This document shows, one piece after another, positions 37,501 to 49,230 of a stretch of 64,000 nucleotides of DNA. The stretch's first letter is position 1. Each line of letters begins with the position of its first letter. The stretch lies in assembly GCA_002269645.1 (NCBI GenBank), contig NIVC01000807.1, positions 62,001-126,000 of the forward strand. The letters are read 5' to 3'. This stretch comes from Macrostomum lignano. Taxonomy: Eukaryota. The position numbers were made by a program, and so were the translations under genes. Under the pieces are notes generated by a model, which did not search any database, was not told where the DNA came from, and was given only the letters and a program-made list of their open reading frames with translations.

Positions 37501-40500
37501 ACTTTACAATCCATTAACTTTACTTCCTAATCCCCGCTTTACTTCCAATCCAAATCTCCAACTGCACTTCCCAATCTCTCGCTTTACTTCCCAATCTCTC
37601 GCTCCACTTCCCAATCTCCCACTCTACTTCCCTAATCTCCCGCTCTACTTCCCAATCTCCCGCTCCACTTCCCAATCTCCCGCTCCACTTCCCAATCTCC
37701 CCTTCTACTTCCCAATCTCCCGCTCTACTTCCCAATCTCCCACTCCATTTCCTAATCTCCCGCTCCACTTCCCAATCTCCCACTCTACTTACTTTCCAAT
37801 CTCCCGCTCCACTTCCCAATCTCCCCTTCTACTTCCCAATCTCCCGCTCTACTTCCCAATCTCCCACTCCATTTCCTAATCTCCCGCTCCACTTCCCAAT
37901 CTCCCACTCTACTTACTTTCCAATCTCCCGCTCCACTTCCCAATCTCCCGCTCCACTTCCCAATCTCCCGCTCCACTTCCCAATCTCCCACTCTACTTAC
38001 TTTCCAATCTCCCGCTCCACTTCCCAATCTCCCGCTCCACTTCCCAATCTCCCGCTCCACTTCCCAATCTCCCGCTCCACTTCCCAATCTCCCGCTCCAA
38101 TCCCCAGCTCACCTCGCAGTGAATGGTCAGCCGATCGTCCGGCAACAGGCCATTAGTTTCGTCCATAAGGAAGTCGCGCCGGATAAACTTCTTGAAGCCC
38201 CAATCTTTGCCCTGGATGAATCGGTAGGCTCGCTGGCTCTCTGTTGTAAACAGATTAAAGAGTTTCTTTCTCAAACAAATTATGAGCTGGCTTAGGAGTA
38301 TGGGGCAGTAAGTGGGCCAAACTCACCCATGGCTTTAGTCTCCTCGCGTTTGGCATTTAATAAAGAGAATTTAAATTTGGCGCGTACTTCATTTTTACTG
38401 CCGCAACTGACTAGCAGAAGGTACAGCGACAGGTAGTCCTTGCTCTCCTCGTCTAAGCCTTTTGGATTGATGCGAAGGCACCTGGAAATTAATAAGAGAG
38501 ACAAAAGGGCGGTGTTCAATACTCGCAGGATCACAGAAATTACACGAGGCCCTTTATTAACGAAAACAAAATCAGGGAAAGGTTATCAGAGGCGACCAGA
38601 CATTTTTTAAATTAAAATCTGCGCCTGAACAGATTCCTGGACAACTAACAGATTAGGAATTAATTCTGGATTGGAAACGAGACTTCACTAATCTGCTTAT
38701 GGATTGCTGCCCAGAATGTAATGCAATAAACTATTTCAATATTGAAAAGCCACGATAGCTTACAGACAGATAGGCAGAAAGACACAAAAGCAATTTTTTC
38801 TTGATTTGAAAATTTGCCATCTTTTGTTCAATAATTTAACACGCATCACACCTTGACAAATGAGAGTCTTATTTGATATACGAGTGGAGCAAAGCCAGAC
38901 ACGCACACTAGAGTAGAACCCAGCTTAAAAGCGCTGGATCCTTGCGGCAGCAATTCACAAAGGACACTGGCGGGCTGACAAATTTGAAGAAGAAAAAACG
39001 AAATGAGTTTTCTGTGTCCTCTCTTGTCTGTTGTCTTTATTAGGCCTTAAGGCATCCCAAATAGGTGTTTGCACTTTAAGCGACATAGGCACACAACCGG
39101 CGAGAGGCATTGCTGCCCATTCCGCCGACTCCCCTGAGCAGACACACAAGCGCGCGGATACGTACGCAGTGACACGCACAGGCACACACACACAGCGGCC
39201 CTAACTTTATTTATCGTTAGGCATGTACACTTCACTGTGCCTTGGGGGTTGGCCCTCAAGGGCGTTAATTGCACGAGCAGAGTCAAGCCGAGATTCCAAT
39301 TTAGCCACAAATTAATGCGACTGCACTTGGAATCGAGCCTGGGCCGCTGGGACATCAGAGCCTGCGCTAGACCACTGGGCTACGGACCCGTTATCCTACC
39401 GTTAATAGTAATAAATTATTAGTAATAAGTTCTTAAAAATACGCACATACTAGAAAATACAGACAAAAATACATAAATTTTTCACCTCTATATGTATTTG
39501 ACGCATGCACGTACCTAGTATTTAAATGGCCTATATGGAAGTGGATGGAAACAGAGGGATAAGCTTAAGAAAGAGCGCAGAGAAAGCAGCTGAGTCGCTG
39601 AGAAATCACCAATTAAATGCGGAGGCAGCAAAATCAGCAAAATCAGCCAAATAATTTTATACCAAAATTGAAAAAACGAGACTTTGAAATTAAAATAGCA
39701 GGTGCAGATTGCTCAATCTTGCACAAAGAAATAATTTTAAGAATGCTTTACAGTCTTACCATCTTTTATTTAATAAAGAACTCTGATAATACACAATAGC
39801 ATTTTAATAGCAGACAACGATCAAAAATTTCTAGCGGAATTTTTTCGAGATTTTTTACTGCTGCATAAATATTGAAATTCTGCAAATTTTCTAATGAAAC
39901 TCGTGCCAGTGTTAAAAAACTATTTATTCAGCCCCAAAAATTGGTTCTGTAATTCCGATTGCAGAAAGTGTAAGGTCTCTCCACCAATCTTGCCAAGCTA
40001 TTTTTAGGCAAACGAACTGTCCTGGTCTGGTCCGGATGGGCACCAGTTTGTGGTTGGGGGTTTGTCACTTCCATGTCCTCTAGTGCTCCCTGCTCTGGGC
40101 CACGGAGTTCTGGATATAACTGTTTAAGCTATAGACGAGAATATATATATATGCTATACCAGGAACTCTGTGTCTGGGCTAGTTGAAGAAAGCCACGCGA
40201 CAGACCACCCGCAGGGCCGCCGCCCGCCCCCATGAAATTGAGTTTAGAAGAACGAACGCAAGGTTTTGTGTAAACAGAATCAAGCGACTAAAAAAAGCAC
40301 TGGATGACATTAGATGGAAGCGATTCTAAAGTACTACTAAAACACATTTTAAGCCCCCCGGGCCCCCTCCCAAGCGTCAAGAGATAGCATGCGTGTGGAG
40401 ATGAGTTGAGGAGAGGAGAATAAAGGGGAAGTTAATCCCTCGTATTCATAGAATTATATGATTGAGTCTTACTACGATGTAACCATATAACTTGTTAGCG

Positions 40501-43500
40501 TCATACTTCTCAAACTTATCTCAGCAAGAGGATCAACCAATGCCGACAGTCTGAGTTTACTTCTGCACAGTTTCTACAATGAGGGGCTCAAGCTAGTCCA
40601 CTATACTAAATATCTACTAAGCCCTATTAATTTCGCATTAGGTCAGGACAGCAGAGGCAGTGCTGATACTAGGGAATGAGTCTTACTACGATATAGCATT
40701 ATAAATTGTTAGCGTCACAACATAAATCCTTAACTTGTCTAAGGTATCAACTAATGTCGAGAGTCTCTGTAAATCCCCCCCGGGGGGCTCAAGCCAGTCA
40801 ACTATACTAAATATCTACTAAGCCCTATTAATAGCACACCAAGGACAGCATGCGTGTCAGCTAAGGTAATAGACGTCAGTAGCAAGCTTCCCGATTCTCT
40901 ATCACCCTTCACTGCGCCCCCCTTGTCATCGTTTCTTACTGACTCCGTTCTTTTCTTCTCTGGCTTGCGCAGTCTAAATCCCTCAAAAAAGTTTTCCAGG
41001 CCAGGCGCTGTCCCCACGCCCGCGACCCCAGAAACACAGTCGGCGACTCTGCTTCACCCTTTTCCCTTTTCCCTTCTGCTGCTATATCTGAGGCCAGCTC
41101 GTGGCCTTACGCACTAGCCAGATCATCCACGCCAGTGTAGGGGGTGAGGAAGGTCGACACAGACAGATCGGAGCTGTTCGGGGTCACACACGAGGGCACG
41201 CGGGTGGGTAGCCGCCTTAGTTTTCTTCTCCGCACCCTCCTCCTCTCTGTCTCTTTCTCTTGCTTCCTTTGTTGTGATTATCCTCCAACTGATCCCGCGT
41301 GAACCCCATGTCCCAAGCCTGCCCTTTCAGGCCAGTTTATGCGCACTGAACTCGGCAGTGCACTATTTTGCTATAACAAAAATCGGTTATACTTTAATTT
41401 ACATAGCCGGAACATACAAAACCAACCAAGAATCCTACTGGCCTTATAAATAAATAAAGAAAAATTGCAGAAACCTGACCGCTGCGTCTTTGGCGAAATA
41501 GTTCAACAAGCAGTTTTAAGGCAATTCTGCCCATTCCGCTAACTCCCTGAGCACATGCAAGCGCAAATACTGTACGCAGGCACACACTCATACACACGCT
41601 CACACAGGGTGTACAGCGGCTCTGAATTTCTAATTCAGACATGTACACTCCGTGTGCATTGGGGCTGGCCCTCATGGCTGTGAATCGAAGCAGGGGTCGT
41701 GGCACGAGAGTCAGAGTCATGTTTAATATTGAGTAACTCGGCCTTGTGACGTGTATGTCCTTTGTCAATCAAAACTATTGACTGTTCTGGATCGATGTAC
41801 ATTTTACCAAGTAGTACAGTATCTTGCGCATATAGTGAGCATGAAAATTCACACTATATTGACGATACTATCTTACTGACTGTATTTTAATGCCAATTTT
41901 AAGCCCCAAGGCAGGTTCTTTTCGGGGTAAAATACCTTGGCTTTGCCTGGATGACATTGCCATTGCAGTTAAGCGATAATCTCTCAAAAGCCAAGGTAGT
42001 TACTCGTACTTTACGAAGCGAAACCTAATCAAGAACCTGTAAGCCACAGACGTTCGACGCATGACAGAAGGGGAAGTCGGTGAATAAATTAGGACAACAA
42101 GACGAGGGGAAAAGAGAGAGAGAAAGATTTTGGCGCAAAGTCAAGGACACGCGAGGACAGGATGAACCGGAGGAGTGAATCGCAATCGAGGTCACAAGGA
42201 TGCGATGCCGAACCCCTCCCAGAGGGAGTTTAACTATATATGACATGATATAAAATTTGAACCCATTTTTTCCCCTACAAATCAGTCCATTCCACCGACG
42301 CCTCTCTCTACTATGTGCCTCCGTAGCTCTAATCTTGCATGCACTTTTACAAACTCTGCTTTCTCGAAAAAAATAAACGTACATGTGTACGCGTATGCTC
42401 ACGCAAGAACGACAAACAATAAAAAAAGTTTAAATAAGGGCAGTCAAAAAAGACACCCGTAACCTACCCTAACACAGCAGTTTTTTCTTAGTTGCAATTC
42501 GCAAAAATCAATACTTATATTCTAGTTTAGCTAGTGCAAACTTGCTGAGCTCAGTTGCTACTCAGAAAACAAGACTAGAAATTTTATCTAACTCAGCAGC
42601 AACAAACAAGATGCACTTTTAACCAGAAGCTCAATAAACAACCATTTTCTTCATCAGCAGTTCTTCATTACCCCATAAGCATATCGCTATTACCCCCACC
42701 AAGAGACAGTCATGACCCCATCAACAGATTATCATTACCCCATCAACAGATTATCATTACCCCATCAACAGATTGTCATTACATCAACAGATTGCCATTA
42801 CCCCATCAACAGATTGTCAGTACCCCATCAGCAGATCTTCATTATCCTATCAACAGATTGTCATTACCCCATCAGCAGATCCTCTTCCATATACGCATAT
42901 CAGTATACAATCAACAATTTCATTACCACTTACCATTTAAATTTGTCATTCGGTCCGGCAGAGAAAGTAGAGGATTTGAGTACTTCGCCCATCTCCTCCC
43001 GACAGAAGCTGAAATTATTGATGCTCCACATGTAGGTGAACTTGGTCACTTTCACCTGGGTGTAGCACCAGTTCTCAGCAACCGGGGCGCCGCCAAGTTC
43101 AGGCGGCTGGCCGGGACTTCCCGGCCGGGACAGTGGCGGCCCGCCCGCGGAGCTCGGATCGTTAGTCGAATCTAGCATAGGCGGCAGACGCAAAGGCGGC
43201 GGCTGCGGCTCCATATTGGCCGACAGAGCCTTGGTTTGATAGAGCAACTTTGTTATTGTATAGCAATAAAGGGCCTCGTAGCGGAATTATTTAATTTAAA
43301 AAAATTCGCATCTCAAGATCTGGGAGAGTAGCGGCCCAGTCTGAGGATCTGGGAGTAGCGGCTCTGTCTGAGGATCTAGGAAAGTAGCGGCTCTGTCTGA
43401 GGATCTAGGAGAGTAGCGGCTCAGTCTGAGGATCTGTGACAGTAGTGGCTCAGTCTGAGGATCTGTGACAGTAGCGGCTCAGTCTGAGGATCTGTGACAG

Positions 43501-44874
43501 TAGCGGCTCAGTCTGAGGATCTGTGACAGTAGCGGCTCTGTCTGAGGATCTGGGAGAGTAGCGGCTCAGTCTGAGGATCTGAGAGAGTAGCGGCTCAGTC
43601 TAAGGATCTGGGTGAGTAGCGGCTCTGTCTGAGGATCTGTGACAGTAGCGGCTCTGTCTGAGGATCTGTGACAGTAGCGGCTCTGTCTGAGGATCTGGGA
43701 GAGTAGCGGCTCAGTCTAAGGATCTGGGTGAGTAGCGGCTCTGTCTGAGGATCTGTGAGAGTAGCGGCCCGGTCTGAGGATCTGTGAGAGTAGCGGCCCG
43801 GTCTGGGGATCTGTGAGAGTAGCGGCCCGGTCTGGGGATCTGTGAGAGTAGCGGCCCAGTCTGAGGATCTGGGTGAGTAGCAACCCAGTCTGAGGATCTG
43901 TGAGAGTAGCGGCCCGGTCTGGGGATCTGTGAGAGTAGCGGCCCGGTCTGGGGATCTGTGAGAGTAGCGGCCCAGTCTGAGGATCCGGGTGAGTAGCAAC
44001 CCAGTCTGAGGATCTGGGAGAGTAGCGGCTCAGTCTGAGGATCTGGGTGAGTAGCGGCCCAGTCTGAGGATCTAGCAGAGTAGCGGCCCAGTCTGAGGAT
44101 CTAGGAGAGTAGCGACCCAGTCTGAGGATCTAGGAGAGTAGCGGCCCAGTCTGAGGATATAGGAGAGTAGCGGCCCAGTCTGAGGATCTAGCAGAGTAGC
44201 GGCCCAGTCTGAGGATCTAGGAGAGTAGCGACCCAGTCTGAGGATCTAGGAGAGTAGCGGCCCAGTCTGAGGATCTAGGAATATAGCGGCCCATTCTCAG
44301 GATCTGTGAGAGTAGCGGCCCACTCTGAGGATCTGGGAGAGTAGCGGCCCAGTCTGAGGATCTGGGTGAGTAGCGGCTCAGTCTGAGGATCTGGGTGAGT
44401 AGCGGCCCAGTCTGAGGATCTGGGAGGGTAGCGGCCCAGTCTGTGGATCTAGGAGAGTAGCGGTCCAGTCCGAGGATCTAGGAGAGTAGCGGCCCAGTCT
44501 GAGGATCAATAACTAAATAAACAACACGAGGGCTACGATAAAGACAGACGGACCTGACTTACCTGCGCTTGATGCAGCGGCTGCTGCTGCTGGTGATGAT
44601 GATGAGGCTGATGCGGCGGAGGCTGTAGCTGCGGCTGGAGCGGCGGCGGCTCGGAACGATGGTGCGCCAGGCCGCTGTACAGGCTTGACAGCTGGTGCTG
44701 GTACTGCTGTTGGTGCTGAGGCTGGTAGTGGCTGTATTGACTGCCACTGCTGCGCTGGTGCTGCTGCTGTTGCTGATAAGAGTTCTGGTGCTGGGGCTGA
44801 TGCTGAGGCTGCTGGGACTGCTGCAGAAGCTGCTGCTGCTGCTGTAGCTGGCCTAAAGACGAAGAGTCAGCCAC
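28258..44874 (-). CDS. SPOP: Speckle-type POZ protein (SPOP/roadkill; MATH-BTB-BACK Cullin-3 adaptor): 406 aa from the AUG at 43214, 515 aa if the Gln-rich exon is translated
   Basis: Exons (44874)-44563, 43229-42934, 38481-38327, 38240-38113, 32386-32183, 29804-29625 and 28530-28258 are all GT-AG and in phase. Motifs: [93 protein letters not shown]-terminal NLS PPRKRPK. Confidence 0.96.
28565..29325. repeat. 21-bp minisatellite
   Basis: TGTCAGATTAGTAGCTGGAAA; last SPOP intron, about 35 nt from the acceptor. Confidence 0.93.
29625..29804 (-). CDS. SPOP: SPOP BTB exon (AMFEHQMEE...DKYQLDRLK)
   Basis: Acceptor CTACAG|GCC, donor AAG|GTGAGA, phase 0/0. Confidence 0.95.
29950..31975. repeat. 20-bp purine-rich minisatellite, about 2 kb
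   Basis: GAGGACACAGGGGAGATATA. Confidence 0.96.
32183..32386 (-). CDS. SPOP: SPOP linker/BTB exon (VSVVGETQN...ARSPVFQ)
   Basis: Acceptor GTGCAG|GTG, donor CAG|GTAAGC, phase 0/0. Confidence 0.95.
32625..36505. repeat. 16-bp minisatellite, about 3.9 kb, with higher-order structure
   Basis: TAGAATCTTCACAA(T/A)C. Confidence 0.97.
37015..37255. repeat. 36-bp minisatellite
   Basis: GACCGCCAACTAGCGACACTTTCCGT(T/C)CAATCTTGT. Confidence 0.9.
37290..37470. repeat. 21-bp minisatellite
   Basis: ATCCTACTCTATCACTCTACT. Confidence 0.92.
37520..38100. repeat. 20-bp C/T-rich minisatellite
   Basis: CTCCCGCTCCACTTCCCAAT; begins about 12 nt inside a SPOP donor. Confidence 0.93.
38113..38240 (-). CDS. SPOP: SPOP MATH exon (ESQRAYRF...LTIHCE)
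   Basis: 86-nt upstream intron; donor GAG|GTGAGC. Confidence 0.95.
38327..38481 (-). CDS. SPOP: SPOP MATH exon ([19 protein letters not shown]...ETKAM)
   Basis: Acceptor TTCCAG|G, donor G|GTGAGT, phase 2/1. Confidence 0.95.
39022..39389 (-). mobile_element. tRNA-derived SINE, second family, near full length
   Basis: Box A TAGCCCAGTGG, box B GGCTCGATTCC, central AGGGCCAACCCCCAAGGCACAGTGAAGTGTACATGCCT block and CGGAATGGGCAG block shared with other copies. Confidence 0.75.
41515..41730 (-). mobile_element. Second SINE family copy, head truncated
   Basis: CTGCCCATTCCGC block, central block, and box-B remnant GAATCGAAGCAGGGGTCGTGG shared with the 4800 head. Confidence 0.65.
42700..42895. repeat. 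22-bp degenerate minisatellite
   Basis: CCCCATCAACAGATTATCATTA; about 40 nt inside a SPOP donor. Confidence 0.85.
42934..43229 (-). CDS. SPOP: SPOP exon with the first in-frame AUG (43214) and start of the MATH domain
   Basis: ALSANMEPQ...AENWCYTQ...NDKFKW; donor TG|GTAAGT. Confidence 0.95.
43312..44507. repeat. 29-bp minisatellite
   Basis: CTGAGGATCTGGGAGAGTAGCGGCCCAGT; fills the intron below the Gln-rich exon. Confidence 0.95.
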
Positions 44875-44905
44875 GATGAATGCTTGGATTAAGCGCTTAA
44901 CGCGC
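44563..44905 (-). CDS. SPOP: SPOP upstream Gln/His/Pro-rich exon, in frame with the MATH domain, no AUG (GUG at 44874)
   Basis: Acceptor TGCAG| at 44906; donor CAG|GTAAGT at 44562 is phase 0 and matches acceptor CAAG|GCT at 43230. Mixed CAG/CAA/CAC/CAT codons are typical of a coding polyQ/H tract. Confidence 0.7.
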
Positions 44906-45610
44906 CTGCACTAATGTTAATAATGAACAAATTATCGAGAGAAGTTATCGTGGAAAATAATGAACTGAACTGGATGACACTTGAAACGAATCAACCCCAA
45001 TGGCTTGCCGATTGCTTATAGTAATAATAATTTTGGCAATCTTGCTAGGTAAAATAAAATTTACAATCCTGATGTGATATGCTAATATTTTACTGTTTAC
45101 TTGGTCCTAATCCTAACGACTGGCGCTTTAGATCGAAGCAGGAACACTACGGAGACCTTTTATACAATAATCTGAGTAGGGGAGAGAGAACTATTGAGAA
45201 AATGATAGAGAGAGAGAGAAGCCCGGCACTGGAGCGGTGCAGGGGGGGGGGGCGGCCAGCCAATAGCCACCAGTTAGCCAAGGACAGATTTTTTATAGAT
45301 TGGCGGAGGGTGGGTTGGAGAAACTGGGGTAACGAGGGCAGGTTGGCCAGAGACTTAACGGGGAGGCAAGCGACGGAGGAAGCTGTAGGGGATAAAGAAG
45401 GCTGGCCCGCTAAAAATGGGGAGATATAGACGTGCTGTGCACTTTTCCAGCACAAGTGGAATGCGGGCTCCGGCTAGGGAGTGAGAAGTAGGAAGTAAAG
45501 AATACAAGCTAATAGAGTAGAAAAGTGCTTAGTGTATTTAGTAGTATAATCGATAGCATTCTGCCTAGCTAATACTTGAAAAAGCCTATTAATAAAGCAA
45601 AGCAACTTAC

Positions 45611-45812
45611 CTGAACCAGAATTTGGCCAAGACGTCAATCGATAGAGCTATTTTCCTCGGTAGAAAAACCCTTAAGATCTTATGCAGAAACGATAGTGAG
45701 CACGATTCTCATAGCAAGTGGCTGGAAAGGTTCAATAAAGAGTTAGAACCAACCATCTTCATAACGCCTGATTTCCTCAGTGTTGGGCATCGTTAATGAA
45801 AATATATAATTT
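45611..45812 (-). other. SPOP: Probable non-coding 5' UTR exon of SPOP containing three short upstream ORFs
   Basis: Bounded by TTAGCAG| (45813) and CAG|GTAAGT (45610); no AUG in frame with the Gln-rich exon. No transcript evidence is available to me. Confidence 0.5.
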
Positions 45813-45894
45813 CTGCTAATACCTAAAGCATTAGAGTTAAAATAAAAATAATTAGGCAATTCGAAGTTTAGTTCTTAGAAATTTTAGGCGTCAC

Positions 45895-46440
45895 ACGGTT
45901 TAGGTCTCATGAAGTTTGGGTCTTACGAAGCTTAGATCTGATGAAGATAGGTCTCATGAAGTTTTATAGGTCTCATGAAGTTTTATAAGTCTCATGAAGT
46001 TTAGGTCTCATGTAGTTTAGGTCTCATGAGGTTTAGGTATTATGAAGTTTAGGTCTCATGAAGCTTAGGCATTATGAAGTTTAGGTCTCATGAAGCTTAG
46101 GTGTTATGAAGTTTAGGTCTCATGAAGCTTAGGTGTTATGAAGTTTAGGTCTCATGAAGCTTAGGTGTTATGAAGTTTAGGTCTCATGAAGCTTAGGTGT
46201 TATGAAGTTTAGGTCTCATGAAGCTTAGGTGTTATGAAGTTTAGGTCTCATGAAGCTTAGGTGTTATGAAGTTTAGGTCTCATGAAGCTTAGGTGTTATG
46301 AAGTTTAGGTCTCGAAGTTTAGGTCTCGAAGTTTAGGTCTCATGAAGTTTAGGTCTCATGAAGTTTAGGTCTCATGAAGCTTAGGTCTTATGAAGTTTAG
46401 TTCTTAAAAAGTTTAATTCTTAGAAAGTTAGGTCTTATGA
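45895..46440. repeat. 16-bp minisatellite with 32-bp dimer core
   Basis: GTTTAGGTCTCATGAA / GCTTAGGTGTTATGAA. Confidence 0.92.
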
Positions 46441-47849
46441 ACAGGAACGAATAGTTTATGAATAAAATTACATAAATTCAGACTCGAAGCTTTATATTAG
46501 AACTATATTTTAAAAAACGGAGCCTAGCCAGTCTCACTGCAATGAACACCACAAAGTACACTAATACTCGTATAATGGCACTCAGTAACCTTTACAACTT
46601 AGTCAGACAGGTAGTACAATAATGTCGGTCCCCAGCCCCAGGCTAGTGAGATACGGTCAGAAAAAAAGAGTAATTTTATTAATCAAATTAAAGGCGCACA
46701 AAAAAACCCAACACTCGGTTTGCATTCCATCTGCAAGAAAGCCTAAAGATTCTAGCGGCAGGCCAAGCAAGCGGATTCGTACTAGAGGGCTTTGAAATAA
46801 AATTTGCACTTTGCGCTATATATAACATTATATCTACATAGCTTACATACCATTAAAGCGTATCCCCTTACCCCACACACGATTCCATATAATTCTCTAT
46901 CTTGTGCGCGAGCAATTTTTTTTAAACTCGTGCACTTTGAATTCCAAAGCCTGTCAGCTTGTCCGCCCACGGATTATATTTCAGGACTGAAACGGGCATG
47001 GAACTTTAGCATTCTGCGGGCCAACTATGCTGAACTCTGCTTTATGAAGTCCCAGACATGCTTGATGAGGGTTTACCATTGCGCAACACAGCCACCAGCG
47101 GGTTGCGTTGTGCCGACCCGGGACCGACCCCCATGCCGCACTTTGCGTTGGCGCCATGACACGTGAGGGCGTAGCCGGGAGGGGGAGCAAGGAGGCCAAA
47201 CAGCTAGCAAAAGTACATGGCATCCCTTATCGGTTAGAAAAAGTACATGGCGTCCTCCCAATGAAAGCTTCCAATAGCTGAGCGAGACCCCCTGATGCCT
47301 TGATAGTTTAGCTTTTGTTGAGTACGAGTAAAGTGCATGAGTGAACTGTACTGGACTATACTTCAGGTCCCGACTGCATTGTGTGTGTGTCGCATATACA
47401 CTTTTAAGATAGAGCGAATGATAAAATGACTTGAAGAACATTTCAAGCCAGCCTCGGAGGCACAGTAGAGGTTAAAAAAATTCTAGTCACGAGATCCCGT
47501 GGGAGGGAGGGGGTGAAAAGGCCGATACACCCGTACACGCACAGACGATCGCATGCTCAGGCATTTCTCCCAGGGCTCTTTCTTTTTGCAGAACAAAACA
47601 TGTTTTCCAATTTACAAAGCCTATTCAGCTAAAGAACAGCGACAGAGATCAAAACACGACTGATGAAGTTCGCTCAGAACTGCATGCTATCCTAATTATA
47701 ATGCGGTACAAACAACAATACTTGCAGGAGGACTAAGAGCACCCTAGTGCAACGCTTTTGCGATGACTTAATTGTGTGGGGGTTGCCATAGCGAACAAGC
47801 CGTCCTAGTTCGCACAGACTTGAATCATGCGTAGGCGACATCGTCTCAC

Positions 47850-47935
47850 ATCAGACTGCTGAGCACATTCAAGCGCGCCAATACTGTAGGGTGTACAGCG
47901 GACCTCGGCTTTCTAATCATCGGACATCTACACCA
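47850..47935 (-). mobile_element. Second SINE family, degenerate fragment
   Basis: GGGTGTACAGCGG...TTTCTAATCATCGGACATCTACAC. Confidence 0.45.
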
Positions 47936-48962
47936 TCTGTCGTGCGATCCACACCCACGGGGGTCAACCGATAAGGCTAATTAATTAATCGTGCATTGTA
48001 AGCCTTATTCACAAGGACATACTAACCAAAACAGCAATAAAAACTAAAGGCTAAAAGGCCTATAGAGAAATTTATATACGCAATATGCGACAATGCACTA
48101 AAGGTCGATTAGTTAGCAGACTGCCAATATGTATACATTTGCACTCCGCATCATGTTCAAGCTTCCACTGCGAAAACAGTGCTCAACAAATGGCAGCTTT
48201 TAATTCAACTCTATAGCCATAACTCTCCGCTCTCTCCTCACCTAGTGACGAGAACTGTGGGTGTGGTGTAAATTGCGTCAATTGAGGCTGCGCTCTGGGA
48301 AAAGTTCTGGTTTCGGGGTGGAAACTTTAGTTTAACGTGTTGTTGAGTATGTATACGAGTGAAGGGATATGGATAATCTGGAAAGTCAAGACGCCGATAG
48401 CAATCTATACTGAACATAGATACTAAACAAGATTGAAAACCGCCCAAAAAAATCTGAAGTCAATGGCTCTGCCAATGCTCTAGGGTGGCGGGTTTTCAAT
48501 GCTGTTGAGTATACACACGTATATCTAGTAAACCGAAGTCAATTACGTATGACACAGCCTGATTGCACTTTAAGGACAGAGCAAATCAGGAGGGCTATAC
48601 TGCAGTAAACAGTTCAAATAGACAGATACCACGGGGGATAGATTTCCTAATAGTAATCATCATATTTCCTATAAGACTGCTTGACAATCTCCCTCCGTTC
48701 TTTCCCTAATCAGTCCCCAACCTCCTCGACCCCGAGAGCTCGAAAAGAAATCAGAGAAGCATATATTAATTAAGACTGAAAGGGCTGAAGTCAAGCGTAA
48801 ACAAGGGAGCATTAGTTCCAGTCCAGGGGACGCCAGGGAAACATATTTGGATAGTGGAGACTGCGGAGTACACAAACAGTATAAGCCACTACTTTATAAC
48901 TACAAGTAGTAGTGTATGCAAAGTTATGCAAAAATTTGTTGAAACTGTAAAGTTTGATACAA

Positions 48963-49230
48963 GGGGGCTGTAGCATGGTGGTCTAGGGTAACACCCTTAG
49001 GGCCAAAGCCAACCCCCAAGGCACAGTGAAGTGTACATGCCTAACAATAAATATAGTTAAGCCCACTGTACACTCTTGTGTCAGTGTGTGCCTGTGTGCA
49101 TGGCTACGTACATATCTGGATGCTTGTGACAGAATGGGCAATAATGCCTCTTGACAGTTGTGCGACAATGTTGCTTAAAGTGCATCATGGTGCATATCTT
49201 TTCTGCCTTTAATAAAAAACTTGGCAACCA
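48963..49230 (+). mobile_element. Second SINE family copy with internal deletion and CpG decay
   Basis: Box A remnant TAGCATGGTGG, GCCAACCCCCAAGGCACAGTGAAGTGTACATGCCTAAC, GAATGGGCA and GCTTAAAGTGCA are colinear with the 39022-39389 copy. Confidence 0.65.

Noticed and set aside
48432-48500. Short inverted repeat ATTGAAAACCGCCC / GGCGGGTTTTCAAT
   Set aside because: Only 14 bp with an indel, no TSD and no second copy in the window.
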